Both the position numbers and the translations under genes were made by a program. A stretch of 61,923 nucleotides of DNA, filler included, from Sphacelaria rigidula (taxonomy: Eukaryota), in assembly GCA_964200075.2 (NCBI GenBank). It is 9 parts of 9 records of this genome, joined end to end, with 100 filler letters (N's around TTAATTAATTAA, not from the genome) between each part and the next. Parts side by side here need not be neighbours in the genome. Positions count along the whole stretch, not along the records: positions 1 to 6,792 come from CAXNAA020018057.1; positions 6,893 to 13,684 come from CAXNAA020018058.1; 7 more parts are not named here. One strand, 5' to 3'. Below are positions 1 through 11,972 of this stretch, in pieces. The notes under the pieces are model-generated. The model did not search any database, had not been told where the DNA came from, and worked only from the letters and a program-made list of their open reading frames with translations. How positions within the stretch are numbered: position 1 is the stretch's first letter; each line of letters starts with the position of its first letter.

Positions 1-266
1 AACCGAAAAGCACCTAGTGGGCAAAAATACCCCGTCCCTAGCGTGTGAACCATCCAGAGTTAGGTCAGAGTTAGGATTTGGGCTATGGTCTAACCCTAGC
101 CGTAACCAACGCCCGTGGGTAACTCATACGTTGCATGTCTAGGTCAATGTGCGCTGATCGAGCGTGGCTAGGGTTAGACCATAGCCCAAATCCTAACTCT
201 GACCTAACTCTGGATGGTTCACACGCTAGGGACGGGGTATTTTTGCCCACTAGGTGCTTTTCGGTT
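1..266. repeat. Perfect 101-bp inverted repeat (1-101 / 166-266) with a 64-bp spacer, at a contig start
   Basis: 1-101 is the exact reverse complement of 166-266. The spacer 102-165 recurs at 420-483 with one mismatch (a141 vs g459). Confidence 0.95.
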
Positions 267-1134
267 GGTCGAGTGCTTGAGTCCGATATGGTGCATGAAG
301 GGCCGTGTTCATTGATTGCCTTAATTCTTGAAGATCATTGGCGAGACCGCCTGTTGCGGCGTTTTCATCAGGTATATTTGCACGTCTAGAAAAAACAAAA
401 AATCTTAAACATCCTAGCCGTAACCAACGCCCGTGGGTAACTCATACGTTGCATGTCTGGGTCAATGTGCGCTGATCGAGCGTCGTCCAGTGCATCCGAA
501 TGGGACAAGCATAGGAGCTAGCGTGAGCTGGTAAAGCATCATACAATGTGTTGTGGTAGGACAGGCGTCTGGTCTGGTGTGTGCTGGTAGAGCACCGTGC
601 GGTGTGTGGGGTGGTTAGGCGTAGATAAAGACATGCGTACTCTGGTGAAGCATAGTGCAAGGCACGATGGGGTGGCATACGTCTCGGTTTTCTGTGCGCT
701 GGGTAGATCGCCGTGATGTCTACCCAGAGATTAATGCCCCACGTGGACATCCTCGGGATAAATGTGAGGTTCAAGACGAATGTGTAGTCTCGGTGGATGT
801 CCAAGATGGAGTTTTCGGTCGGATATTCATCTCGGAATAGATGTCCTAGATGGATCCGACAAGATGCCTGATGAGTAGTGTCTCATATGGACGCCCGTAT
901 CTCCAGGTTGAGTTTACGCGACACGCACGATAAAGAAGAAAACAATAGTATATATATAGCTTGCACCATCATCTACCCCCACCCTGACCCTAGCTCTAGC
1001 CTCATCAATTTCCCTTCGCTTTCTCTGCCGTGACCTCAACATGCTAGGCACGCGCAGTTCATACGGCTTAGCCGACCACAAGCAAGAGAGACAACAAGAG
1101 AAACTGCACGAGGTCATCTTTCTAAATACGCTCC

Positions 1135-1465
1135 CCGTATTCCGCACGGCGCCAGTATCCAGTACAGTATCACCCGTACCTGCACACTGGCCACGGCCAA
1201 TATTCACCCGTATGAGGCGGCAAAAATACCCAGTATCAGCCCGTATCCGCCAGTATCCGCCAGTATTAGCCTTCGAAATACGCAGTATCGCCACTATCCA
1301 CCAATATTAGGAGGCAAATAATGCAGTATCGCCCGCATCTGCCAGTATCAGGCTGCAAAACACGCAGTATGACCAGTATCCACCACTATGAGATGAGGAA
1401 CTACGGGGGGCGTACGGACACGGGCCAGTACGGAAATCCATCCATACGGGCCATACTGGCACGGA
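1135..1465. repeat. Cluster of short C(A/C)GTAT(C) motifs, probably transposon subterminal repeats
   Basis: More than a dozen irregularly spaced cagtatc/ccgtat motifs, with inverted copies (atacggg, atactgg) at the right end. Confidence 0.55.
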
Positions 1466-1974
1466 TCATACGGGGAGCATCTTTGCATATTTCTTATCGA
1501 CGATGATTGTATTGACTTCGAAGAAACAACGACCTCACGCATCGAAATTGTTACCTCCTGACTGTATCTTTCTGACCTACAGACCAATGATGCCTTGAAG
1601 GAAATCGCGACCTCATGCGCCGAATCATCCACCTATTGAGCGTATCCCCCTCGAACCTAACCCGTACCTCCCTTTATTTGCCATCTCTTGTGACAACATT
1701 GATTCATTAACGCGCGTTATACAGCGACATTGCCGAAGGCCGACTTGTTTTTTGGGACCCCGTCAACTGCAACCACGGTCCCGGCCTGTTCGCCATCGCC
1801 GAGGGTATTCTGTGCAGGGCGCACGACACCGACGGCTGCCGTTTCTGCCGCGAATCATGCGACGATGTCGAGGTAAAAATGTGACAAAAAAAAGAAGAAA
1901 TCAACGGGACGGACGGGTGTACCCGTTTCTTGATAAAAATATGAGCAAACAAACGAATGAAATATTGCGCACGC

Positions 1975-2268
1975 CCGACAGCTCACGGGCTAGCCCTAAA
2001 TAGCTAACCGAAGATAATTCCTCAGATCTGTTGGCCAAAAACACAATCGTGACAGCGGGACCTGAGAAGTCAAATTGCTACTTTTACGCTACTGCGCATG
2101 CTCGGCGTTCAGCGCTGTAGGGGGAAAATATCATAAAAGGAAGGGGGGGCGGGGGGGGGGGGGGGGGCCACTTTCTACGAAAGCCCCCCCCCCCCCCCAG
2201 GGCCGGGNNNNNNNNNNGCCGTGCACGGCGTGCTGTAGGGCGGGGGGGGGGGGGGGGGGAGGAGGGGG

Positions 2269-2307
<39 letters not shown>

Positions 2308-2630
2308 GACACTTTCTACGATAGCCCCCCCCCCCCCAAAGTGCCTGGTTTGGAGAGGCAAAATCTTCACGTCAACCGAAATGAAAAACGTCGAGCACAA
2401 CGAGCACCTGGAAATTCCCACGCTTGGGTTCGTTCTCGCCAATGTCACCCGTATGAGGCGCTTCATGCAGCCTGAACCCAAACATCAGGCGCTACATGGC
2501 CATTCTTTTCGTGACACTTTTCGGCTGGTTTGGGGGGAGCTATCGTAGAAAGTGTTCGGAATGAGCTAGTTCATGATTTTGATCAGTATACTGATGAGAA
2601 GTAGTATTGAGGTAGCTCATGAGTTGACCG
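1975..2630. mobile_element. MITE family M1 copy with a nested TIR element at 2309-2555
   Basis: Ends are cgacagctcacgggcta and tagctcatgagttgaccg, and the body matches 14173-14425. The nested insert has TIR acactttctacgatagc / gctatcgtagaaagtgt. The poly-G and N stretch at 2140-2306 is low quality. Confidence 0.7.
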
Positions 2631-3129
2631 ACGTGTAGAATATTGAGAAGCTGTGTAAATGTTGGTGTGTATCATGTAGTAGTAGTAGTAGTAGTAGTAG
2701 GGCTCAGCGGATTTCCGCGTTAAGATTTTTTTTTTTTGTAATGATATTGCGGACAAAAGAGAACACACGACACGGATGGAAATACATTGAGAAGTTCGTC
2801 GGGAACCAGATTCCCTTCGCTATGACACAATGTACAGCCGATTTTGGGCGTAAGATCTTCGAAATTAAGTGTTGGGGGTAGTGCGAATGGCGGGCATCAT
2901 GTATGGTATCGCCACGCTTCCAATACATACAAGACGACAGATTTCTCACACAACGGTCTCAAGATGGACTTTGAAGTAGTATTCGTTAAAACCACTACAG
3001 ATAAACAACAAACAGTCAATATGCGCTCGTGCATACATCACGAACGCGAAGGGGACCGAGGAATATATTTGGAACGTCAACCGTAGATCAAGTTCGCCCT
3101 ACAGCAGCCTGAAGTTGATGCGGCGCATG

Positions 3130-3285
3130 TCATAAGGGCGCCTTCGTCTTGCGGTGTGGTAGACTTTGTGGCTTTTTGAAGTCGATCAACTGTTCCGCTC
3201 GCTGTTCTTTATCGACCGAAGAACTACGTGCCATGTGTCTCTCTTGTCTCTCTGCCTCTTTGTTTCTCTCCCTCCCTCTCCAGTA
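3130..3285 (-). CDS. Probable terminal exon of an unidentified gene (YWRGRERNKEAERQ...KAPL*)
   Basis: Acceptor ttctaatccag precedes a 52-codon charged frame ending in TGA. No family recognised. Confidence 0.35.
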   Translation of the reverse strand, partial: YWRGRERNKEAERQERHMARSSSVDKEQRAEQLIDFKKPQSLPHRKTKAPL

Positions 3286-3398
3286 CTGGATTAGAAGCCA
3301 AACGTCACGGTTAGTTACCACTGTCCTGGAGGTTTTCTCTGATGGCCAACGGCATTTTCATCGATATACCCACCGAAGGGAAAAACATGAATGCCTGC

Positions 3399-3669
3399 AA
3401 GCTTGCACGGTTCGGACGATTCATCGCCGGTTCGAGTCACCAAATCCACGATTTTTCAGGCCTGATTGCTCGAAAGAGAGAAAAAAAGTCGACCGATGGT
3501 CAAAAAGGTTCCCACGCAACTCTTGCGCCATTTCGCGCGCCTGGGCTGCGCGTACCTGGATTGCAACAGTGAAAACAAAGCCCAAGGATTGATTCGTACG
3601 GTACGAATCAGTTACACTAAATCCAAGCAATTTCAACATGAATCATTCATTCGTCCGACCCGTGCAAGC
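3399..3669. mobile_element. MITE family M2 (~270 bp)
   Basis: TIR gcttgcacggttcggacga / tcgtccgacccgtgcaagc, with internal palindrome tgattcgtac-g-gtacgaatca. Other copies lie at 20420-20576, ~32140-32330 (degenerate, inverted) and 57936-58206 (inverted). Confidence 0.8.
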
Positions 3670-4581
3670 TCGTGCCCCGTACGGTACTGTGGACGCACCT
3701 TTTTCATCACCAGATATTCTCTGTTTTGTCCATCTATTTTCCTTCTGTCATTTCTCGTTATTGCCCCGTTTCTCGAGTCGATTTCCTTCAGAGTGTGTTC
3801 CCCATCGGGTACAATACGTGTATCTAATGACCATGACTAGTTCGTAGCGGTTTCCTTAACGTGCGACAGTCAAACCGATCAAATCCGTCGGAACCTTAGC
3901 TTCAACCAGCCGCCCTTCTCCGCGCACAGCCCCTGAGGACGCGCTTTCACATAATGTTTTTCTTTTATTCACACTGGACACAAACGGCCGCCGATCTACA
4001 CCAGCAACCATCGTATGGTTGTGTGAACAGTTCAGTAAGTGAGAAGGGGCGGCTGTGTTGACACATATGTTTCTGTGAAAGCGATAGTGAGTAAAACTCG
4101 ATGCCTCTTGTGGTCAGATACTAGCGGTACCAAAATTCGACCTTGTTGGACCAGCTCTGAGCACGTACCGCACCTCATATCGTACGTGAAAGTCAATTAA
4201 GATGTATTAATGTTTCGACAATGAGAGAGACGCACCGGGACGCCGCAGGCACCATAGCTCGGTGCGGCCCGAAACTGCCAAAAGCAGTCCGGGGGGGAAA
4301 CGACGAGGGCATGAACCACACGGTTCTCGCGCAAGCCGTGCAGTAATGTGTCATCTTCATCAACATCCCCATGCACGAAATAGCCGTTTCGACCCCGATC
4401 CGCCTCACCCAGCTCATACGTACCGCGTGTATTTATCGTAATTTACTTTTGATCCTAGACAGTTGGATTGTTTTCTATCTTGATCTCAATTCATAGTGTC
4501 GGAGCAGTCCACGCTAGTACATGGTTCAATTCATTTTCGTGGTGCTTCTCCCCCCCTATTCCCCCCCCCCCTCGCCCCCGC

Positions 4582-5215
4582 TGCGAGGTCAATGGTCTGA
4601 TGACTATGGCATGCATGATCATGAGTACACCCCCCCCCCCACTTGCCCCCTCCCTGGTGCAGCGAGAACCCGGCGTGCTTTGTCCTGGCTTCGTAGGGAC
4701 GGACCCCTCGTGAGGTTGGCGTCGGTTGGCAATGACGCTGTGAAACACGCCACTCACTGGGTTAGCTGGGCAACCACGTTACCGTTTGGTTTTTGCGCGC
4801 TTGCGTCTTTTTGCGGTAACCATGATGGTGGCCGAGCTAGATCATATTGTGCGCGGTCTTCGAACCTCAACTCCGCGCAAAGGGAATGATCAAACCACGT
4901 AGTGTTTAAATTGTAAGACACCCATGAGGCAGTGTGGACGCCGTGGCTGTCCCTGGAAGTGGCGATACAAGAAAATGAAGCAACGCATTCGAAGTTGTCA
5001 TCCGTATGCGAGATGGTCAGTACGCTTCGGGCGGAACAACCTTTGCAGGATGCAGCTCACCCTTCATGAGACTCGCCGAACACATCACGGCGCTTCGCGC
5101 TTGGTGATGGAGTGCGAGCCTGGTTCAGCGAAAACCCGGCGTGCTCCGTCTCGGCTTTGTAGGGATGCGAGGTCAATGTCTCATGCCTACGGCATGCGAG
5201 ATCATGAGTACTCCC
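4582..5215 (+). mobile_element. C-tract element family A: 3' fragment (4582-4630) followed head-to-tail by a ~560-bp full-length copy (4656-5212)
   Basis: Colinear with the reverse complement of 11177-11735. Both parts end ...gatcatgagtac followed by a C-run. Confidence 0.85.
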
Positions 5216-6047
5216 CCTTCCCCCTCCCCTCTCGTTACATAACTTCCTTTCACTTCAATATCGAGCATAGAAATAGCAGCCCGTCTCCAGCAATCCGTTG
5301 ACCTCTTTTTATCCACTTCCTCGCTTGCGGCAGTTAAACCAACTCTTATGCTGACGTTGCTCATACGACGGGGGAACCCCCCCCCCCCCCCCCCCCCCTC
5401 CCAAACCAGCCCCACAACTGTCACGAAGAAAAATGATTATACAGTCCGTGATAGCTAGATTCAGACTTCATGAAGCGCCTCATATGGGCGAAACCGGTAA
5501 AAATCGTCCCGAATGCGGGAGTTCCCAGCCGCTCGGTGTGCTCGGCTCTCTTCATTTTGATTTACATGTAGGCTTCACCGCCTCAAACCAGCCACTCCTC
5601 TAGGGGGATGTTATCGCGACATCAGCCGGTCGCAGGGTTCAAAACCCACAAAATCTGCTCATCACCGGAGCGCGACCGCAACATGTAGAGCAATGCTACG
5701 ATAGAGGCGCACTTTTTTCGCGAACTATTGTCTGGTTCAGGGGCTCGTAACGATTGTAGATGCACAATAATATGGGTCAGGGGCATCCCAGTCTGCAAGT
5801 CTATTCGGGATATCCCCGGCACATTGGAGTAGTAATCCTGGCGTACTTTCACATATTTTCATAAGTGGTGTTTTGCAGGAGATCAAGGGCTCCTAACAAT
5901 TCTGAACTCAGAAAATGTTTGTTCACGCCTACCGTAGCATCACTCTGTACCCACCTGTAATTCTGTACCCGGAGCGGAACGAATGGCGTTGTCCGTGTGC
6001 CCAACATCTAAAAGTAGTTTCGCACGGAGTGGACCGAACAAGCATGA

Positions 6048-6048
<1 letters not shown>

Positions 6049-6113
<65 letters not shown>
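6049..6113. repeat. (CA)n microsatellite
   Basis: Direct observation. Confidence 0.97.
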
Positions 6114-6115
<2 letters not shown>

Positions 6116-6354
6116 GACCAGTGAAAGTACTGCACGCTTAATCCCTGCAGACGCACAGGATACCTGCAGGTAGCTTGCAAAAACTTGTGTAAAAACTCGC
6201 ATTAGTCTGCAGGAGCCCTGTAGGCCTGCAGGATCTTTTCATCATTGGTCGGGATGTGGAACACTCAACACTTCCCGCCGGGGCGTCCCACCTTCCTTGG
6301 GTGCACGTACCCAACCCATTCAGGGATCTGTGAATCTTCTGCGACCGTGATGCT

Positions 6355-6792
6355 TTGTTGATTGTCTTCGCGTGTTTGTAGCCGATCAGACACCCATGGG
6401 GCAGTGTAAAAGCCATGGCTGTCTCTGGAAGTGGCGATGCCACAAAATTAAGCAACTCATTGTAGGCTGTCATCCAAATGCAAGATAACCAGTGCGCTTC
6501 GAGCCGAACAATCTTAGCCGGATGCAGCTCATCCTTCATGCGACTCGTCGAATTTGAGTGCAAGCCTGGTCCGGCTTTGTAGGGATGCGAGGTCAATGGT
6601 CTTATGACTATGGCATGCATGATCATGAATACACCCCCTGCCTGCTCCGTCTCGAAAGGGATGCGTGGTCAATGGTCAAACGGCTAAGGCAAGCAACAAG
6701 TGAGTACGCCCCCCCTCCACTCCTGCCCCATCGGGCTGCAATGTCAATCGCTATATGACTACGGCATGCAAGATCATGAGTACACCGCCCCC
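6355..6792 (+). mobile_element. Tandem A-B-A cluster of C-tract elements
   Basis: Truncated family A (to 6633), family B (6643-6710) and a family A 3' end (6733-6786), separated by C-rich linkers. Confidence 0.85.
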
Positions 6793-6892
6793 NNNNNNNN
6801 NNNNNNNNNNNNNNNNNNNNNNNNNNNNNNNNNNNNTTAATTAATTAANNNNNNNNNNNNNNNNNNNNNNNNNNNNNNNNNNNNNNNNNNNN
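6793..6892. other. Artificial contig spacer (also 13685-13784, 20577-20676, 27469-27568, 34360-34459, 41251-41350, 48142-48241, 55033-55132)
   Basis: 44 N + TTAATTAATTAA (stops in all six frames) + 44 N, recurring every 6892/6891 bp. Confidence 0.97.
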
Positions 6893-7285
6893 AATTGTGC
6901 AAACCGGGCCCATAGTGGGGGCCCCGCCCGGTTTGTCGGGCGGTCTCCGGTGCACTTTTGGGGGGGGGGGGGTTGGGCCCCATGACAAATCATACCCTTC
7001 CCCTGACATGCTCCAGCAAGGAGTTGAGTAGACCATCACAAGCCGGAAAAAGAGTACCGCTGCTTGGGCAAGAGTTGCTTGGGCTAGAAACACGTTTTTT
7101 CTTCTTTTTTTCTTCTTTTTTTTTTCAGGGGGGGGGGGGATACTCATGTGCTGCGTGCCTCAGTCACTTGACCATTGGGGGGACAGGGGAAGGGGCAGGG
7201 GGGCGAACTTCATCATCAGCACGTGGGATTTCAGCGAACATGCAATGCTTTCATTTACTTGTAAATTTCAATTGTTGCACCAAGA

Positions 7286-7595
7286 ACCCCTCCCCCTTCC
7301 TCGGGACGAGTCTGTGGTGTCAAGGAGTATCCGTCCCTCTCTCCCCGGTACACGCTTGCATTTTGGTCTCGCGGATTGGGTCATGACTATCACCATTCCA
7401 CTCCTGCACCGCATCAGCTCTCGTCAAACAAACTCAGTCAACTGTCTCGTCAAACAAACCCATATACTCACGCTTTCTTCGACAGTGGAAATCAGAAACT
7501 TCAAAGAAAGAAAACAACGCGTCGGCATTCGAACCCGCACCCTCTCCATCCTAATGATCATCAGACAGTCGGACGATTACACCACCGGGCGCGGC
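7286..7595 (-). mobile_element. tRNA-headed SINE
   Basis: The minus strand has A-box-like TGGTGTAATCG and B-box GGTTCGAATGCC. The body aligns with 60150-60445 and 29690-29990. Confidence 0.75.
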
Positions 7596-7744
7596 TTAAC
7601 TTGATGACATCATGTTATATACAGTATTCTCCCGGGGTTCCTGAGTATTATTTCACCCACCACGCGGGTCTGACCCACGAACTGACACATCCAAAACAAA
7701 AAGGGGAAAAAAAAAGCTCGACAAAACGAGAAGGTCGTCGTCAC

Positions 7745-9198
7745 CTGGAAGTAGCTCCCAGTGAAAGACTTTTGCTTCTCGATCGCGTCCCCTCCGCGCT
7801 TCTTGCCCGACAGCTGTTTTTCGGGGGTGGATTCGGCAGAGCCGGCAGACGAAGAATCCTTCTTCCCATCTCCCAGAACACCCACACTTCCGGAAGCCCG
7901 TGTGCGTTCCTTGCCCTTCGTCACGGGTGTTTCTGGGGGAGAAACCTGTTGGCACAAAAGTGAAAACAGTTGGTGCAGGACAAAGAGAACACCAATTCAT
8001 TCCTACACAGCATGTCTTCACACTAGCCCGTTCATTCAGATCGGCAATATAAAAGAACCACGCCAAACCGGTGCACATCTCCCTTACGGGGGCGGGGTGT
8101 GTTATTGCTCCTACTAATACCGTTGGGGCAGAAAATGATCAACTACATGAGGCGGCATGACTCGTCTCCCTCCCGCTTTCTCCTGTCTTGTGCGTTTTAG
8201 CGCCCAAAGTCGTCTGTGCCCACGACGCTGACACCAGCTGACATGCAGTGTGGGCGGTCTAGCTATTAATTTTGAGGCATCTTGTGATTTTTTCGTACTT
8301 GGCGATTTTCTTGGGCTCTTTTCGCTCGTCATCGCTCATCACATTGGGGATCTGAAGGTACTTGTATCCGCTCCACATTTCAAGATAAATAAAATCGTCT
8401 GTACTTAGTACTGAGTGACTCACGGGCTGACCGATCATCAGGGGTCCCGACCACGTTTCAGCCCAGATTCTTACTCTTCGGTACTTTCGGTCGATCCAGC
8501 CTGTCCCGATCATATTTGTGAAAAATTGTACGGCCTTATGTTTTTTTATTTCCACCTACTCATTGCACTAGAGCCGAAAAATTGTGTTTCACGGTCAACA
8601 ACACCCTCCTGATCAACGGGGTATTTACTCGTATCACCCGATTACACCAACCAACACTGACTTGGGCACTGTGTGTCGAGGATGATCTGTTCATGGTGCC
8701 AAACTCCACAGACGTTAGCAATCTCGAGTTCTATCGAAGAGTAGTGTGCGAGTAAAACCCCAAAACACTCCTCAATAGTTGGACCGCCCACTGCGGTACT
8801 ACGCACGGCACGTGTCGCGACGATACTGATATTTCGAAAAACTCTTCATGGAACATCATGCTACTCGCATCATACGGGCGAAGGGAATGGGGTGAACACC
8901 GCCAAACACGGCATGGCAAACGTAATACCAGAACATCGGGGCAGAAAAATCGGATTGGAAAATCCATGCTTCGGGACTGCAATCATGACATCCTCACCTG
9001 GAACACCGACGTGACGCTTTCCCGGTCGTCCTCCAACTTGAGCGGTTCAGGTAAACGCTTTGTTCCCTCCGTAGTACTAGTGGCTGTAGCGGCCACCTCC
9101 GAGTCCTCGTCAAAGCCCCGGTCGATCAGATCCGACACATTCGAAGATGCACGGGATCTCGTCTGCATTTCCGAAAACAGTGAACACATGTAGTGGGG

Positions 9199-9255
<57 letters not shown>

Positions 9256-11972
9256 CAACCCCTGGGTCCAGGTATTAACCCAAGCCATCTATCCTCTGAG
9301 GATAACAAGTGTGTAAACGAGTCAACAGTGTTAATATAATGTATACTTGCTTCGCCGCATGAAGTTGCTTCGGCATTCTGTATTTGATACCCAAAGCTGC
9401 AGTACTGCATACATCGCAATCAAGATGATGTGAGTTGGAGGCAACAGCAAAACCCGTATCCCCATCTTCCGGGAAAAACAGATTTCGCCGGCAACCTGTC
9501 CCGTGTCTGCTCTACAAGTAAGTCAAGTGAGTTATCCACGATGGGGGGGAGGGGAGGGGAGGGGAGGGGAGGGGAGGGGTACTCATGATCGTGCATGCCA
9601 TAGTTATATGACCGGTCGACCTCGCATCCCTCCCTACGAAGCCGGAACGGAGCACGCCGGGTTTTCGCTGGAACAGGCCTACCTACGATGAAGGGGGGGC
9701 GGGGGTTGATCCCACGAAAAACAGGGGCTCACAAGTGTGTCAGGCAACCCAACTACTCGCGGTGCGCTTGCCTTTGGGTGAACAGGGTCAAGGGGTACGG
9801 ATGAGGGTACCTGTACCTTGTTGGCGTCAAGCGCGTTCGAACCAACCCTGCTGCCTTCGACGACGACGGGACGATTTGAGGTGGAACAAGATATGGCCAA
9901 AATTCCTCCTAATACCCCTCTATCGTAGCAACACTCAAGTACAGTGTAGTAGGTCATGTGCGAGTAGTGTACTGGTGACCCTCGTGTACGGAACTGTACT
10001 TTGCAGAATTCGAGGAGCACTTGCCTGCGTGCTGCCGGTCCAGTTAGTCTGAGCGCTATCCTTGCTGGTTACCGAAACTGCTGCCACGTGATCCTCCGTG
10101 CTCAAGTCGGGTGATCCCTCCCTGGACACCACAGACGGCGCCGCTTGCTGCGGCCTGACGGAAACAATAATTTTTGGGCGCTAGATAAATCAACAGGAGA
10201 TATCGCCACTCGCGGAAGCGCAACACTCGCAGGAAGATCCATCATCTCGACATGGATCAATGATGGGGTACGGAGGCCACCAGTTCGGCACGGACGACTC
10301 TCACATCCGATTCGTGTGTACGATGGAATTAATTTCCCTTGTGATGGCGAGTTGGGCTGGTTTGATCCTCTTGTTTCCTCGCTTCATCCAATGGCATCTT
10401 GTGTGTTCATTTTTACTGAGTAATTGATATATTAGTCGATCGATGTGGTTGGTTAATTATGCATTGAATCAGGCGCTTTGAATCGGTGTTGGCTTGATCT
10501 TTGCTTTCGTTTTGTCTTCGTTGGAAAGTGCAGTGGGAGGCAGTGCGGATAGTTCTGTACTCACACAATCGTACTCGCTAAATACTGCAAAGCACCATCT
10601 CTGTGTAACGCGTGACCATCAGAGCCCCCGTTTTCTCGTCTTTATAGAACGCAACTGTGGTTCATCACATTTCATGGGGACAGACGAGCATCAACTTCTC
10701 CACGGTGAAGGAATTAATGTTCGCATCGGGAAAAACGAACGTTATATCGTCACGATCTCCTATCGTTAGTATCATTATTGACGTTACTATCTTTACAAAG
10801 CTGGCCGCACTCCCATGGCATGAGAGTGAATATTTCTTGGACGGCACGTACTTTCCGGGGGGAAGGGGGGGGGGGCATACTCATTTGTTGCTTGCCTCAG
10901 TCGTTTGACCATTGACCACGCATCCCTTTCGAGACGGATCGCCGTTCCTATCCCCAATAGACACCTCCAACATTTCGGCGCTCATCGCGTTTCTTCCATA
11001 CATCACACAAAAATCGTCTACATATCTTATCCCGGTCCTACTTCGTCGTCTGTGACCATCGTCCATCTCGTAGTATAGCCATCGTTTTCTCTCTACTGTC
11101 TGACCAATCCAATGATTCCATACCATCTTCGTTCATCTCCCGCATTTCCCCCTTCAAGCTTTTGGGGGGGGGGGGAGGCTCATGATCATGCATGCCGTAG
11201 TCATCAGACCATTGACCTCGCATTTCTACTAAGCCGGGACGGAGCACGCCGGGTTTTCGCCGTATCAAGCTCGCACTCAATCACCAAGCGCAAACCGCCG
11301 CTCTGTGCTCAGCGAGTCGCCTGAAGGATGAGCTGCATCCTGCTAAGATTATTCGGTCCGAAGCCCACTGATTACCTTGCATTTGGATGACAGCCTACAA
11401 CGAGTTGCTTTATTGTCTTGTATCGCCACTTACAGAGCCAGTCACGACTTATACACTGCCTCATGGGCGTCTCACCATTTACACACAACGTAGTACGATC
11501 ATCCCCTATGTGCGGAGTTGAGCCTCTCCCACACCGCACAAGATGATCTAGCCCGGCCACCATCATGGTTACCGCAAAAATGACGCAAGCGCGTAAACAA
11601 GTCCGTGAACCTAGTTACCTATCTTACGCAGTGAGTTGCGTGTTTTACAGCATCATCGACAACCGACACCAACCCCATGGGGGGGTCCGCCCCTACAAAG
11701 CCGGGACGGAGCACGCCGGGTTTTCGCCGAACCGGGGGGAGGGGGGGAGGGGGGCGTACTCATCTGTTGCTTGCCTTAGTCGTTTGACCATTGACCACGC
11801 ATCCCTTTCGAGACGGAGCACGGGGGGGGCGAAGAACGGAAACGATCAACAAGGAAAACAATATATGCAGTTTATGAAGTACACACCTATCTGTGTTGGA
11901 GCGGCTAAATCCTTGCCGAGAGGCCGGCACTTCGCCAGCGGGAGAAACGCACTCATACGGGTTCCACGCCAT
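7745..11972 (-). CDS. Spliced gene fragment encoding a low-complexity Ser/Thr/charged protein of unknown function
   Basis: Phase-compatible exons 11972-11953, 10121-10025 (GC donor), 9810-9733, 9162-8998 and 7945-7745. The last two have strong cag acceptors and GTGA donors. The first three are less certain. Confidence 0.55.
8278..8790 (+). repeat. ~510-bp interspersed repeat, second copy at ~33066-33587
   Basis: Colinear similarity throughout, e.g. tttcttgggctcttttcgc, cactgacttgggcactgtgt, ctatcgaagagtagt. Confidence 0.85.
9205..9252. repeat. (CA)n microsatellite
   Basis: Direct observation. Confidence 0.97.
11177..11822 (-). mobile_element. Family B module (11754-11822) head-to-tail with full-length family A (11177-11735)
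   Basis: Reverse complement of 4656-5212 plus the ~70-bp B module. G-runs lie at all three junctions on the plus strand. Confidence 0.85.

Noticed and set aside
3585-3625. Helitron 3' end (hairpin + CTAA)
   Set aside because: Similarity between copies continues past CTAA to a TIR, which fits a TIR element better.
4596-4604. Hammerhead ribozyme core CTGATGA in family A
   Set aside because: It is present in only some copies because it overlaps the variable loop (ttat, gtat, aaac elsewhere), and there is no correctly placed stem I or GAAA partner.
4861-5110. Cys-rich ORF (CLNCKTPMRQCGRRGCPWKWRY) inside family A as a zinc-finger protein
   Set aside because: The cysteines are not conserved in the 11372-11566 copy, stops differ between copies, and no family is recognised.
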